Positions 45,967-56,400 of a stretch of 64,000 nt of DNA are shown one piece after another; the first letter of the stretch is position 1, and each line of letters opens with the position of its first letter. The stretch is from assembly GCA_029260965.1 (NCBI GenBank), contig JAJDCG010000002.1:60523-124522 (forward strand), in the 5' to 3' direction. This stretch comes from Candidatus Levyibacteriota bacterium. GTDB taxonomy: Bacteria > Patescibacteriota > Microgenomatia > Levybacterales > UBA12049. The notes under the pieces were generated by a model. It was not told where the DNA came from. It saw only the letters and a list, made by a program, of their open reading frames with translations, and made no database searches. A program made the translations under genes and the position numbers.

Positions 45967-46902
45967 ATGAAAGATTTAAGTTTGGTAGATCAAATCCAAC
46001 AGTTTTTAGAATACTTAGAAATTGAAAAAAATTGTTCCAAGTTGACTATCCGTGATTATCGTCATTATCTAGATGTGTTTTTAGATTGGCACTCCTCTAC
46101 TCTGCCTGGAAAGTCGATAAAAGATTTGGATCTTTCACTTATTCGTAAATATAGAGTTTTTTTAGCAAATCATGTTGATAATAAGGGAAGAAGTAGGAAA
46201 AGAGTTACACAGAATTATTATGTCATTGCGCTTCGGTCCTTTCTCCGTTTTTTAATAAAGAATGATGTCCCGACTCTGGAGCCTTCAAAAATTGACTTAC
46301 CCAAGACAGAAAGTCGTAGTCTTAAATTCTTGGAGCGGGATCAGGTAGAGATGTTGGTTAAGATGCCTGATGTTTCGATAGAAAAAGGTATAAGGGATCG
46401 AGCAATTTTAGAACTTCTCTTCTCGACAGGTCTTCGTGTTTCAGAGCTTGTTAGTCTCGATCATGCGCGTGTGAATTTAGAGCGACGCGAGTTTGGTGTG
46501 ATCGGAAAGGGACAAAAATCCAGAATTGTTTTTGTCTCAGATAGAGCTGCTGAGTGGATAGGAAAATATCTTCAGAAGCGCAAGGATAATTTTCGTCCTC
46601 TTTTTATCCGTTATTCAAGAGGAGTTCAGGAGGATGACAATGGTGCTAGGATGCGATTGACGGCCCGATCAGTTGAGCGAATTGTTAAAAAATATACTCG
46701 TCTGGCTCGTTTACCAGTTGATGCGACAGTTCATACGCTTCGCCATTCATTCGCAACAGATCTATTGATGAATGGGGCGGATCTCAGATCTGTTCAGGAG
46801 ATGCTGGGGCATAAAAATATCGCGACAACACAGATATATACACATATTACTAACAAACAGCTTAGAGATGTCCACAAAGCGTTTCATAGTGGGAACAAAT
46901 AA
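45967..46902 (+). CDS. Tyrosine site-specific recombinase, XerC/XerD family
   Basis: N-terminal SAM-like core-binding domain. Catalytic 'HTLRHSFATDLLMNGADLRSVQEMLGHKNIATTQIYTHI' with the R..HxxR..Y signature. Confidence 0.85.
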   Translation: MKDLSLVDQIQQFLEYLEIEKNCSKLTIRDYRHYLDVFLDWHSSTLPGKSIKDLDLSLIRKYRVFLANHVDNKGRSRKRVTQNYYVIALRSFLRFLIKNDVPTLEPSKIDLPKTESRSLKFLERDQVEMLVKMPDVSIEKGIRDRAILELLFSTGLRVSELVSLDHARVNLERREFGVIGKGQKSRIVFVSDRAAEWIGKYLQKRKDNFRPLFIRYSRGVQEDDNGARMRLTARSVERIVKKYTRLARLPVDATVHTLRHSFATDLLMNGADLRSVQEMLGHKNIATTQIYTHITNKQLRDVHKAFHSGNK

Positions 46903-46936
46903 AGTAACAAAGGCGAAAAGTAAATTAAGTATAAAT

Positions 46937-47683
46937 TTAGTATGTTTCAAATGAGAGGGTTGCTGTGATGGATACTTTGTTTTCTCCTGGTTCGAGTTCT
47001 GTTTCTGTTTTTTCAACAGCATCTAGTTCGATGTTTCTAGCAAGAGGAATGGGCCCTCCAACGTTACTGGATAGTTGAACATCAATTATTCGCCCGATTT
47101 TTATTCCTGTTGTTTTAGCAATCTCCTCTGCCTTCTGCTTGGCGATGTCTATTGCATCTTTTGTTGCTTTTTGCTCCAGCTCTTTTTGTTTTTCTTCATT
47201 CAGAACAAATTGTACATTACTAATTTGATTAGCACCGTTTTGCACAGCAGTATCTATTGCTTGATTTATTTTCTCGACAGAGTCAGATTCAACATTTATA
47301 TTTATACTAACAATATATCCCAATGGTGTCTCTTTTCCATTTTCAAAACCATAATCAGGGCGTATGGAGTAGTCGCTTGTTTTTATGTTTTTTTCTTCAA
47401 TTCCAAGGGATTTGAGCTCTGTTGTTATCCGATTGATTTTTGTATTCGTTTCTTTTTGTGCAGCCTCTACTGACGGTGCTGTAGTACTTACACCAATTGT
47501 TGTCATAGCAGTATCTGGGACTGCAGTTGCCTCGCTAGTACCACTTGTTGTAAAAAGAGAATTTTTGTTGGTAACAACACTCTGAACAGAAAAAGGAATC
47601 GGTCCAAAGATTTTTGTAAATATAAATAGAGAAAGTAATGCGAAAATTATTGTGAGGAATGGGACTTTAAGATCTTTCCACAT
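46937..47683 (-). CDS. SIMPL-domain (DUF541) periplasmic protein
   Basis: N-terminal TM/signal. '...YSIRPDYGFENGKETPLGYIVSININVES...ENKVSITATLSFE' fits the SIMPL/26-kDa periplasmic immunogenic protein family. Confidence 0.75.
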   Translation of the reverse strand: MWKDLKVPFLTIIFALLSLFIFTKIFGPIPFSVQSVVTNKNSLFTTSGTSEATAVPDTAMTTIGVSTTAPSVEAAQKETNTKINRITTELKSLGIEEKNIKTSDYSIRPDYGFENGKETPLGYIVSININVESDSVEKINQAIDTAVQNGANQISNVQFVLNEEKQKELEQKATKDAIDIAKQKAEEIAKTTGIKIGRIIDVQLSSNVGGPIPLARNIELDAVEKTETELEPGENKVSITATLSFETY

Positions 47684-47774
47684 AATATATATATTAATGC
47701 TTTGTTTATTAGTTTGTCAACTATTTTAGTATTATTTCTTGCGGGCTTTGCCGAGCTTTGAAAACTTTCTGATA

Positions 47775-48863
47775 TTACTCCCATTTGAAAGTTTTGGTCG
47801 CAATTAGATACATGATGATACCCCATGCAGCAAGGCCTAGTAGATATGGCATTGTTTCCGTTAGGTTGCCTCCCTCAGTGGTTATTATTCTGACTGCTGC
47901 ATTAAAATATGAAAGTGGCAGGTTACCGGCCACTGGTTGTATCCAGCTTGGCAGATCCTCAATCGGAAAAAATGTTCCAGAGAGAAGGAATTGTGGGAGG
48001 GTGATTATATTTACAAGAGGTGCGGCTGTATTGTCGTCTTTTGAAAGTCCAGCGATGAGATAACCAAATCCAAGAAATGCAATAAGGCCTATCGTGGATA
48101 TGATCATTAGATCAAAAAAGGTTGTCAATCCGTGCGGTAGATGAAAATTAAAAACAAAAACACCGATTGTTAAGATAAGCAGGGTTTGAATGAGCGCGAT
48201 GATAAGTCTTGATGTTCCTTGGCCTATCAAGATAGTAAGTGCCTTTGTGGGGGTTGCAAACATTCTTTTTAATATCAATGAGCGTTTTAAATATATCAGT
48301 CCAAATACAGTTCCGAAAATAGAGGTTGAAAGAAGGGAAAATCCGATTTGCCCTGGCAAGGCAAAATCTATATAACGGAAATCTCTTCCTGTGATTTCTC
48401 TTTGGTAAAGTGTAAGATATGGGTTTTCGATTCCTGCAATTCTTAGGTTTGTTTTAGCAATAACACCCTCCATGACTGATGCAAGGGCTTGTGCCTCGAC
48501 TGGATTTGCAGTAGATGAGAGAATTGTTACCTTATGGTCCCCTATCTCTATTATTCCTGATAGTTTTCCTTCTTTGAGCTGCTGCTTAAGTGTTTTTGCA
48601 TTGCCTGTTTGTAGTTCCATGTATTTCTGTTGTTCGAGAACCGTTAGGACTTGGTTGGGTTCTGTGGTTTCTGAGATGCCGACTGTAAGAGTCCGTTCTT
48701 GATCACCGATCAGTCCGAATACACTTATAAATACAATAGGAAAAATAAATCCAAACGCAAAGCTTGCAGGGTTTCTGGTTTGTGCAAGGAACGCATACCA
48801 TGTCATGGCAAAGTATGCTTTCCATTGTCTTGGTTTTTTTGATTTAGTATTTAGTTTAAGCAT
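47775..48863 (-). CDS. ABC-2-type transporter permease
   Basis: N-terminal TM, a large extracytoplasmic loop, then 5 more TM helices. Adjacent to an ABC ATPase. Confidence 0.7.
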   Translation of the reverse strand: MLKLNTKSKKPRQWKAYFAMTWYAFLAQTRNPASFAFGFIFPIVFISVFGLIGDQERTLTVGISETTEPNQVLTVLEQQKYMELQTGNAKTLKQQLKEGKLSGIIEIGDHKVTILSSTANPVEAQALASVMEGVIAKTNLRIAGIENPYLTLYQREITGRDFRYIDFALPGQIGFSLLSTSIFGTVFGLIYLKRSLILKRMFATPTKALTILIGQGTSRLIIALIQTLLILTIGVFVFNFHLPHGLTTFFDLMIISTIGLIAFLGFGYLIAGLSKDDNTAAPLVNIITLPQFLLSGTFFPIEDLPSWIQPVAGNLPLSYFNAAVRIITTEGGNLTETMPYLLGLAAWGIIMYLIATKTFKWE

Positions 48864-48882
48864 ATTTATTTTTATAAACTAT

Positions 48883-49701
48883 CTATTCCTCGCGTAGTTT
48901 CCTGCCTGTTAGATCGAGAAATACGTCTTCAAGACTGGCTTTCTGTTTGGATATTTCTCTTTTAAAGCCTTTCTTTAGGAGGTCGCTGATTAGCTTTTTC
49001 GGAGTCCCTATTTTTATTATTTCTCCATTATCCATTATTGCGATGCGGTTACAGAGCTTTTCTGCTTCTTCCATGTTGTGTGTTGTCAGGACAATGGTTA
49101 CTCCTGTTTTTTTAATTTCATTTATCATCTCCCAGAGATTTATTCGCGCGTGGGGGTCAAGTCCTGTTGTTGGCTCATCAAGAAAAATTATTTTTGGTTT
49201 GTTAACAAGTGTTGCTGCAATTGAGAAGCGTTGTTTTTGCCCACCTGATAATTCGTTTGCAAAACTGCCTGCCTTATCCTCGAGATGTACTTTTTTGAGC
49301 ATCTTAATAGGATCAACAGACACATCATACATGGACGCAAACATTTTGAGAAGTTCTGTCAGTTTTAGCTCGGGATAAAAATTTGATGATTGAAGTTGTA
49401 TTCCTATTTGGGATTTTACTTCCCATGGATTTTTTTTAACATCTATTCCATTGACTAGTATCTTGCCACTCGTTAATTCCTGAAGAGTTTCTATTATTTC
49501 AAGAGTTGTAGTTTTGCCTGCTCCATTTGGTCCGAGTATCCCAAAAACCTCACCTCTTCTTACAGAAAAAGATATTCTGTCTACTGCAGTAAAATCTCTA
49601 AATTTTTTGACTAGTTTTTTAACAATTATGATTTCGTTTTTTTTTGATTTTGTAGGAGTTGCTTTTTTGCTCGTCTTTAAAGTCTTTTTATGTTCTGCCA
49701 T
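48883..49701 (-). CDS. ABC transporter ATP-binding protein
   Basis: Walker A 'GILGPNGAGKTTTL', signature 'LSGGQKQRFSIA', Walker B 'IIFLDEPTTGLD'. Confidence 0.85.
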   Translation of the reverse strand: MAEHKKTLKTSKKATPTKSKKNEIIIVKKLVKKFRDFTAVDRISFSVRRGEVFGILGPNGAGKTTTLEIIETLQELTSGKILVNGIDVKKNPWEVKSQIGIQLQSSNFYPELKLTELLKMFASMYDVSVDPIKMLKKVHLEDKAGSFANELSGGQKQRFSIAATLVNKPKIIFLDEPTTGLDPHARINLWEMINEIKKTGVTIVLTTHNMEEAEKLCNRIAIMDNGEIIKIGTPKKLISDLLKKGFKREISKQKASLEDVFLDLTGRKLREE

Positions 49702-49745
49702 TAGTTTGCTATTGTAGCATGAAAATAGCCTTCATGAAAGGGGTA

Positions 49746-50384
49746 TTACTTGTCCTGACGGGCTTTTTCTTCCAAGAATTTTTTTCCGTGGCCCACTGTA
49801 GTATTGATTGGTTTGTTTTTTTTGCAAAGCGGGCATTCGTCTGCTGTGTATGATGGGATCTCAAGCGTGGCAAGAGACGAAAAAGGAGCTCCTACAGCTT
49901 CATTTGTAACTATCTTGGGGTCACGATTTACCATTACACAAACTCCAGCTACTTCCCCTCCCACTTGCTTAACACTTTTTACTACTTTCGCAACTGATCC
50001 TCCTGTTGTAGTGAGATCCTCAACTACCAAAACCTTTTTATTTTTAATCAACTGATCATATCCCCTGGTAAAGATCTGATTTTTTTCAGCATTTTTTTCG
50101 GTGTAGATTCCAAGAATATCAATACTCTTCATTTTAGATAGGTGATAGGCTACCCATGTCGATAGAATAATGCCGCCAAGTGCCGGGCCTATAACTACAT
50201 CAATATCTTCGTTCTTGTATTTAGTAGCAAACAGTTCTCCTATTCTTGATGTTTCGCCTGTGTGAGGATATAGTGCGTCTTTATTTATGTATGTTGCAAA
50301 ATGACGACCAGAAGTGCCAACGAAATGGTCATCAGCAAGGATTGCTTTTGTTTTTTTTAGTATGTCGATAACCTCATTGTCCAT
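49746..50384 (-). CDS. pyrE: Orotate phosphoribosyltransferase
   Basis: Type I PRTase PRPP loop 'VLVVEDLTTTGGS'. 'F.GTSGRHFATYINKD' is an OPRTase-like N-terminus. Adjacent to pyrF. Confidence 0.7.
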   Translation of the reverse strand: MDNEVIDILKKTKAILADDHFVGTSGRHFATYINKDALYPHTGETSRIGELFATKYKNEDIDVVIGPALGGIILSTWVAYHLSKMKSIDILGIYTEKNAEKNQIFTRGYDQLIKNKKVLVVEDLTTTGGSVAKVVKSVKQVGGEVAGVCVMVNRDPKIVTNEAVGAPFSSLATLEIPSYTADECPLCKKNKPINTTVGHGKKFLEEKARQDK

Positions 50385-50392
50385 AAATTTTA

Positions 50393-51214
50393 TTATACAC
50401 GATACTTATTGATTTCGTCTCGAAGTTTTCTTGCTTCTTTTTTTGCGACATCAGCAAAATCATCTCCACTTGATGCGAAAATAATTCCGCGAGATGAATT
50501 GATGATCATCCCCTTTTTGGCTTTATTGAGACCTGCTTTGATTGTTGCCTCGACATCTCCTCCCTGTGCACCAACTCCTGGAACAAGAAATGTCATATCT
50601 CCTGAAATTTCTCTAACCTCAGCTAATTCTTCAGGATATGTAGCCCCAACAACCATTAGACAGTTATTATTTTTGTTCCATTCATTTACTATCTTTCTAG
50701 CAATTAATTTATAAAGTTTTTCTCCATTTACGATTAAGTTTTGTATCTCACCTGCACCGGGATTAGATGTCTTACAAAGGACAATTATCCCTTTATCTTT
50801 TAATTCTAAAAAGGGTTGGATTGTCTCATGACCAAGATATGGATGGAGAGTTACAGCATCTATTCTCAGATATCCAAAAACAAACTTTATGTATTCATTA
50901 TTGGTATTTCCGATGTCTGCTCTTTTAGCATCCAAAATTATTGGGATATCAGGATAGTTTTTGTTGATATAGCTACAAGTCATTTTTAGATCTCTTATTC
51001 CTTGTTCTCCTCGTGCTTCATAAAAAGCAGAGTTTGGCTTGAATGCACATACCAGGTCAGCTGTTGCTTCAATTATTTTTTTATTAAATTCAAATTGAGG
51101 ATTTTTTACATTCCTAATACTTTCTGGAAGTTTTTCAAAATCAGGATCCAGCCCCACGCAAAGAAGTGAGTTGTTTTTTTCAATCGCATGATCTAGTTTT
51201 TGGTTAAAGTTCAT
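50393..51214 (-). CDS. pyrF: Orotidine-5'-phosphate decarboxylase (long/type 2 form)
   Basis: 'LLCVGLDPDFEKLP' and 'ILDAKRADIGNT' are OMPdecase motifs. Confidence 0.85.
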   Translation of the reverse strand: MNFNQKLDHAIEKNNSLLCVGLDPDFEKLPESIRNVKNPQFEFNKKIIEATADLVCAFKPNSAFYEARGEQGIRDLKMTCSYINKNYPDIPIILDAKRADIGNTNNEYIKFVFGYLRIDAVTLHPYLGHETIQPFLELKDKGIIVLCKTSNPGAGEIQNLIVNGEKLYKLIARKIVNEWNKNNNCLMVVGATYPEELAEVREISGDMTFLVPGVGAQGGDVEATIKAGLNKAKKGMIINSSRGIIFASSGDDFADVAKKEARKLRDEINKYRV

Positions 51215-51347
51215 TTTCGTGTTTTTTTATATCTTGTGCCAGATACGGATTCCACATCGCACCAGTTATTTCAATAAGTTTATTGTTAACAATTGGTTTT
51301 GCAAGTTCTATCACATCTGATCCAAAAATTCCGATTTTATATTTCAT
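51204..51347 (-). CDS. Small ORF (47 aa) translationally coupled between pyrD and pyrF
   Basis: Its ATG overlaps the pyrD stop (ATGA) and its stop overlaps the pyrF start region. Product 'MKYKIGIFGSDVIELAKPIVNNKLIEITGAMWNPYLAQDIKKHENEL'. No known family. Confidence 0.25.
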   Translation of the reverse strand: MKYKIGIFGSDVIELAKPIVNNKLIEITGAMWNPYLAQDIKKHENEL

Positions 51348-52444
51348 TTTGCATTGATTCCTACAAGTTCACTAATATTATTAAGTCCTTCTTTTTCCAT
51401 ATATTTTAGAAGTCCTTCATTTATTTTTCCTGGCAATGTTGGGCCTTCTTCATCAAATGCAGTGTAGATTTGAAGAGCTGTTGCTCCAGCCTTTATTTTT
51501 TCTAATGCTGTGCTGGTATCTTTTATTCCTCCCGAACCAATAATAATTAATTCTCTTCCTGCTTTTTTGTAGATATGTTTGATTATTTCTGTTGACATTT
51601 TTCTATAATCATTGTCATCTCCGCTTACTCCTCCCATTTCATCTCTCCAACGCTCTCCGTATTTTGCTTTTATATCACTATTAAGTGTTGTGTTTGTTGC
51701 AACAATTCCAGTCAGTTTATTTTCTAGAACAACCTCAATAACATCATTTACTGCCTCAAAAGTGAGATCGGGTGCAATTTTAACAAATAAAGGTTTCGCT
51801 TTCCCCTTGTTACTCATTACCTTAGTAACTGATTTTACAATTTTTGTTAAAGGTTCTTTTTCTTGAAGTTTTCTGAGTCCGACTGTGTTCGGTGAAGAAA
51901 CATTAATAGTAAAATAATCACCAAGATTATATAAGTGTTCCAAAACGTCAGCATGAGCATCAGCTGCTTTCTCGTCCGGTACGTCTTTATTTTTCCCAAT
52001 GTTAATTCCTATTGGAGCTGCTATTTTTTGATATGACTCAATTACTTTAGAAAATTCCTCCATTCCAGAATTTGTAAATCCATAACGATTAAGTCTGACA
52101 CCTTTTTTAAGAATAAAATCTCGTGGTTGAGAATTTCCGTATTGGAAATATTTTGTTATAGTTCCTACCTCCACGGCTGCGAATCCCAGGTCATAACATG
52201 CCTTAAGTCCGTGTCCAACTTTATCCCAACCGGCGCCGACTATCAACGGATTGTCAAGTCTCAGACCGCCCATGTTGATATGTAATTTTTTATCAGTTAC
52301 TCTTTTGTTTCTGTAAGCGATTTTCCTTATAATCTTTTCATACTCGGGAGATTGCTCTAGAAGAAATAGGAGTTCACGGATTGCTAGGTGTTCTGTTTCA
52401 GCATCTAATTTATCAATGATAGGAAGTATAAATTTATCGTACAT
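51344..52444 (-). CDS. pyrD: Dihydroorotate dehydrogenase, class 2 (quinone-dependent)
   Basis: 'INIGKNKDVPDEKAADAHADVLE...TINVSSPNTVGLRKLQ' and 'RYGFTNSGMEE' align with class 2 PyrD. An N-terminal extension is present. Confidence 0.85.
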   Translation of the reverse strand: MYDKFILPIIDKLDAETEHLAIRELLFLLEQSPEYEKIIRKIAYRNKRVTDKKLHINMGGLRLDNPLIVGAGWDKVGHGLKACYDLGFAAVEVGTITKYFQYGNSQPRDFILKKGVRLNRYGFTNSGMEEFSKVIESYQKIAAPIGINIGKNKDVPDEKAADAHADVLEHLYNLGDYFTINVSSPNTVGLRKLQEKEPLTKIVKSVTKVMSNKGKAKPLFVKIAPDLTFEAVNDVIEVVLENKLTGIVATNTTLNSDIKAKYGERWRDEMGGVSGDDNDYRKMSTEIIKHIYKKAGRELIIIGSGGIKDTSTALEKIKAGATALQIYTAFDEEGPTLPGKINEGLLKYMEKEGLNNISELVGINAK

Positions 52445-52446
52445 AG

Positions 52447-53490
52447 TTATATTATTTTTCCAAAACCAGGACGTACGAGTATTTTATCATTTTCAAAAAC
52501 TTTTGTCCCTCGGATGAATACGCGTTTAACTCGTCCTTTCATTTTCCAACCATCAAATGGTGACCATTTACATTTTGTTTTTAGATTTTTGTTTTTAAGT
52601 ATCCACTCCTCGCTCTCATCAATTTCAATATAAGTTTTTTTATCGGTTTTAATATTAAATATTTTAGCAGGGCCATCGTGACAAAGACGTTTGATGTCTT
52701 TTAGCGCTAGTCGTTTTTTTGACATGGCTGTTAGAAGAAGATGGAGGGTTGTTTCAAGTCCAGGTATACCAAAAGGTTGAGGATGAGATTTTTTTTCTTT
52801 CAAAGTGTGAGGTGCGTGATCTGATTCAACTATATCAACATACATTAGGTTTTTCCAAATAAACTCTTGATCTTTTCTTGTCTTGAGCGCTGGTTTCATT
52901 TTGGCAAAGGCTCCTAATTTTTTTTCATCAGACTTTTCTAAAAATAAATGGTGAGGAGTTACTCCACAGGTGACCATCCATCTTTTCTTTTTTGCTCGTT
53001 TGATAATACTTAACTCTTTTTGGGAGCTGACATGGGCAACGTGAATTTTTTGTTTATATTTATTTCCGATTTTCAAAATTACATCGAGGATGTTTTCTTC
53101 AGCGTGAACTATTATCACTTTTCCTTTGGGCCATTTCTTACAGATGCTTTCAAATACTTTTTCATCAACTATGAATCCACCTGTTGTAATATTGAGATAA
53201 ATTTTTAGAGCTTTTGCTTTTGAACTTACTTTTTTAAATTCATCTAAATTATCACCTAGTGATCCGAAATGAAATCCTATGTCGCAAACTGTTTGTTTTT
53301 TGGCAATTTTTATTTTTTCATCCAAAAGTTTTTCTGTGGTAATCGGAGTTGAATTGTTTGGCATGTCAATGACAGTAGTAAAGCCACCTGCTAGAGCAGC
53401 TTTTGTTCCTGTTGAAAAATTCTCTTTATATGATTGTCCTGGTGTCCTCATGTGAACATGGGGATCAATTAGGCCTGGTAATATAATCAT
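52447..53490 (-). CDS. pyrC: Dihydroorotase
   Basis: 'IILPGLIDPHVHMRTPG' is the amidohydrolase HxH metal motif. Carbamylated-Lys region 'ALKIY' is present. Confidence 0.85.
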   Translation of the reverse strand: MIILPGLIDPHVHMRTPGQSYKENFSTGTKAALAGGFTTVIDMPNNSTPITTEKLLDEKIKIAKKQTVCDIGFHFGSLGDNLDEFKKVSSKAKALKIYLNITTGGFIVDEKVFESICKKWPKGKVIIVHAEENILDVILKIGNKYKQKIHVAHVSSQKELSIIKRAKKKRWMVTCGVTPHHLFLEKSDEKKLGAFAKMKPALKTRKDQEFIWKNLMYVDIVESDHAPHTLKEKKSHPQPFGIPGLETTLHLLLTAMSKKRLALKDIKRLCHDGPAKIFNIKTDKKTYIEIDESEEWILKNKNLKTKCKWSPFDGWKMKGRVKRVFIRGTKVFENDKILVRPGFGKII

Positions 53491-56400
53491 ATATACTCAC
53501 TCCATGATTTTATCATAAGATCATCAAATTTTTTATCAGTAATGGAATTGATAAACAGTTCAGCTTTTTTAATTTTTGTCAAAATTAAAATATTATTATC
53601 AGATGCCATTCGTCTGATCGCATGATCGTCATTTATTTCTTTTTTGATATTTTTATCAACAATGTTTATCACTAAATCAACTTTTTTATTGCGAAAATTG
53701 TCTAAGATATTTGGAGATTTTTTTTCATGTATTTTGTAAAGACTTTTTACTTTCAGTCCGTTTTGGTTTAAAAATTTGGCGGTTTTTTCAGTTGCAAAAA
53801 GTGTTACTCCAAAATTTTTTAATTTTAAAACGCTTCTTAGAAGGTCTTGTTTCTTTTTGTCTCCACCAAGACTTATAAATATTCCTTTTTTGGGGATCTT
53901 TCCTCCTGTTGCGATTATACCCTTGAGGAATGCTTCTTCTCTATCTGCTCCAAAACATGCAACCTCACCTGTGGATGCCATTTCTACTCCCAGCATTGGT
54001 TGAGCACCGGCCAAACGAGTGAATGAAAATTGTGCAACCTTAATTGCTGTTGATTTCAGTTTTGGTGTTTTGATATATTTTATATTCTTTTTATAAAGAG
54101 AGTTGACAAAGAGTTCGATTAAATTAATTCCAGTAACTTTTGCAATAAATGGAAATGTTCTTGACGCCCTGAGATTAATTTCAATTATAAAAACTTCATT
54201 GTCTTTTGCCAGAAATTGGATGTTAAATGGTCCTGTTATGTTCAGTTCTTTTGCAAGCTTTTCTGAGATTTTATGCATTTCGTTTTTTGTTTTCGTGTTC
54301 ACTCTGTCAGCTGGAAGAACTATGGACGCATCACCAGAATGGACTCCCGCATATTCGATGTGCTCTGAGATGACGGATGCTTTTATTGATCCATTTTGGG
54401 CTATACCATCTAGTTCTATTTCTTTTGCTTGTTCAAAGAATTTTGATACTGTTACTGGATATTTTTTTGAAACGCTTGCTGCTTCCTTGAGATAGGTCTT
54501 GAGATCTTTTTTGTCAAAGCAAATATTCATTGCACTACCTGAGAGAACAAAAGAAGGACGGATCAGGACAGGATATCCCACTTTTTCAGCAAATTTTTCA
54601 GCATTTTCCAGATCAGAAAATGCATTCCAGGCAGGTTGTTTTATTTTCAACTTGTCAAGTAGGGAGGAGAATTTATTTCTATCCTCTGCACGATCTATGT
54701 CAACAGGATTTGTTCCTAGAATTTTTGCTCCGTACTTGTGTAGTGCTTTTGCTCTATTGTTTGGTGTCTGTCCACCCACTGAAACAATTACACCGTCTGG
54801 ATTTTCATATTCATAAATATCTGCTATTTTTTCAAATGTTAGTTCCTCAAAATATAATTTGTCTGATATATCATAATCAGTTGATACTGTCTCGGGATTA
54901 CAATTGATTATTATTGATTGCTTTTTATGTTTTTTTAAATTCATTACGGTATTTACAGAACACCAGTCAAATTCTACAGACGATCCGATGTGATAAGGAC
55001 CAGACCCGAGAACGATAACTGAGTTTTTTCTCGATGGTTTTATATCAGAGTGGTTAGCATTGTATGTCATGTAGAGATAGTTTGTTATGGCGGGGAATTC
55101 TGACGCAAGAGTATCTATCTGAAGCACAGATGGGATTATTTTAAATGCTTTTCTGATCTTTCTTATCTCAAGTCCTTTTTTACCGATTATGTTTCCAATT
55201 CTTTTGTCAGAAAAACCAAGTTGTTTTAATTCCAGTAATTTATTTCGGTCAAGTATTTTATTTTTTGAAAGTTCGTCTTCATGATTGGTTATATTTTTAA
55301 TTCTATGCAAGAACCAAGGATCGACCCCTGAAAGTTTGTGGACTTCTTTAACAGAGAACCCTTTTTTTAGGGCCGATGCGATGTCAAACATTCTTTGGGG
55401 AGTTGGATTCTTAACTCCTTCTAATATTTCAGATGTTTTTTTATTTTCATTTTCCGATACGGCACCTTCGTAATTCATGTCAAGCATTCTTATTGCTTTT
55501 TGATATGACTCTTCAAATGTTCTGCCAATACCCATCACTTCACCTACGGATTTCATGCTGCTTCCAAGTTTCTTATCTGCACCTTTGAATTTTTCCATAT
55601 CCCATCTGGGAATTTTGGTGACAACATAATCTAGTGCTGGTTCAAAGCAGGCTGATGTTGCACCAGTCACTTTATTTTTAATTTCAGTTAAGCCGTACCC
55701 TATTCCTAATTTTGCTGCTATGTATGCAAGCGGATAGCCTGTTGCCTTACTGGCAAGAGCAGAGCTTCGGGAGAGTCTGGCGTTGACTTCGATCACAAAA
55801 TAGTCTAGCAATTGCTCATTTTGCCAGCGTTCAAACCGTGATCGTTGCGGACGGGGGTTTAGGGCAAATTGCACATTGCACTCACCTACTATCCCGAGAC
55901 TTCTAACGATCTCAATAGATGCGCGTCTGAGTTCATGATACTCCTGGTTGTTGAGGGTTTGCGAAGGAGCAACAACTATTGATTCACCAGTGTGAATCCC
56001 AAGTGGGTCCATATTTTCCATATTACAAACAGTAATGCAATTATCGTACTTGTCTCTCACTACTTCGTATTCTATTTCTTTGAAATGGTGGAGATATTTC
56101 TCAATCAATATTTGAGGCGCAAAAGCAAGTGCGTGCTGAGCAGTCTTTATTAGATTTTTTTCATCGTAAACTACTCCACTTCCTTGTCCTCCGAGTGCGA
56201 ATCCAGCACGAACCATCACTGGATAGCCGATTTTTTTTGCTATTTTTATGGCGTTATCTATGGATCTTGCAGCACGGGATTCGGGAGTGGGAATATTTAT
56301 TTTATGTAGATGATTTGCAAATTTATTTCTATCTTCAGTAAGCATTATTGCAGAAATAGGAGTGCCAAGAATTTGGACATTGTATTTTTTAAGTATACCT

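Noticed and set aside
45967-46902. Calling the tyrosine recombinase a mobile-element integrase
   Set aside because: No phage or plasmid genes, attachment-site repeats or adjacent tRNA could be identified in the window. The N-terminal domain looks XerC/D-like. It is kept as a CDS, with the island possibility noted in the findings.
54103-54907. Several 100-130-aa plus-strand ORFs inside carB
   Set aside because: They are antisense shadow ORFs within a 1075-aa gene whose protein similarity is unambiguous.
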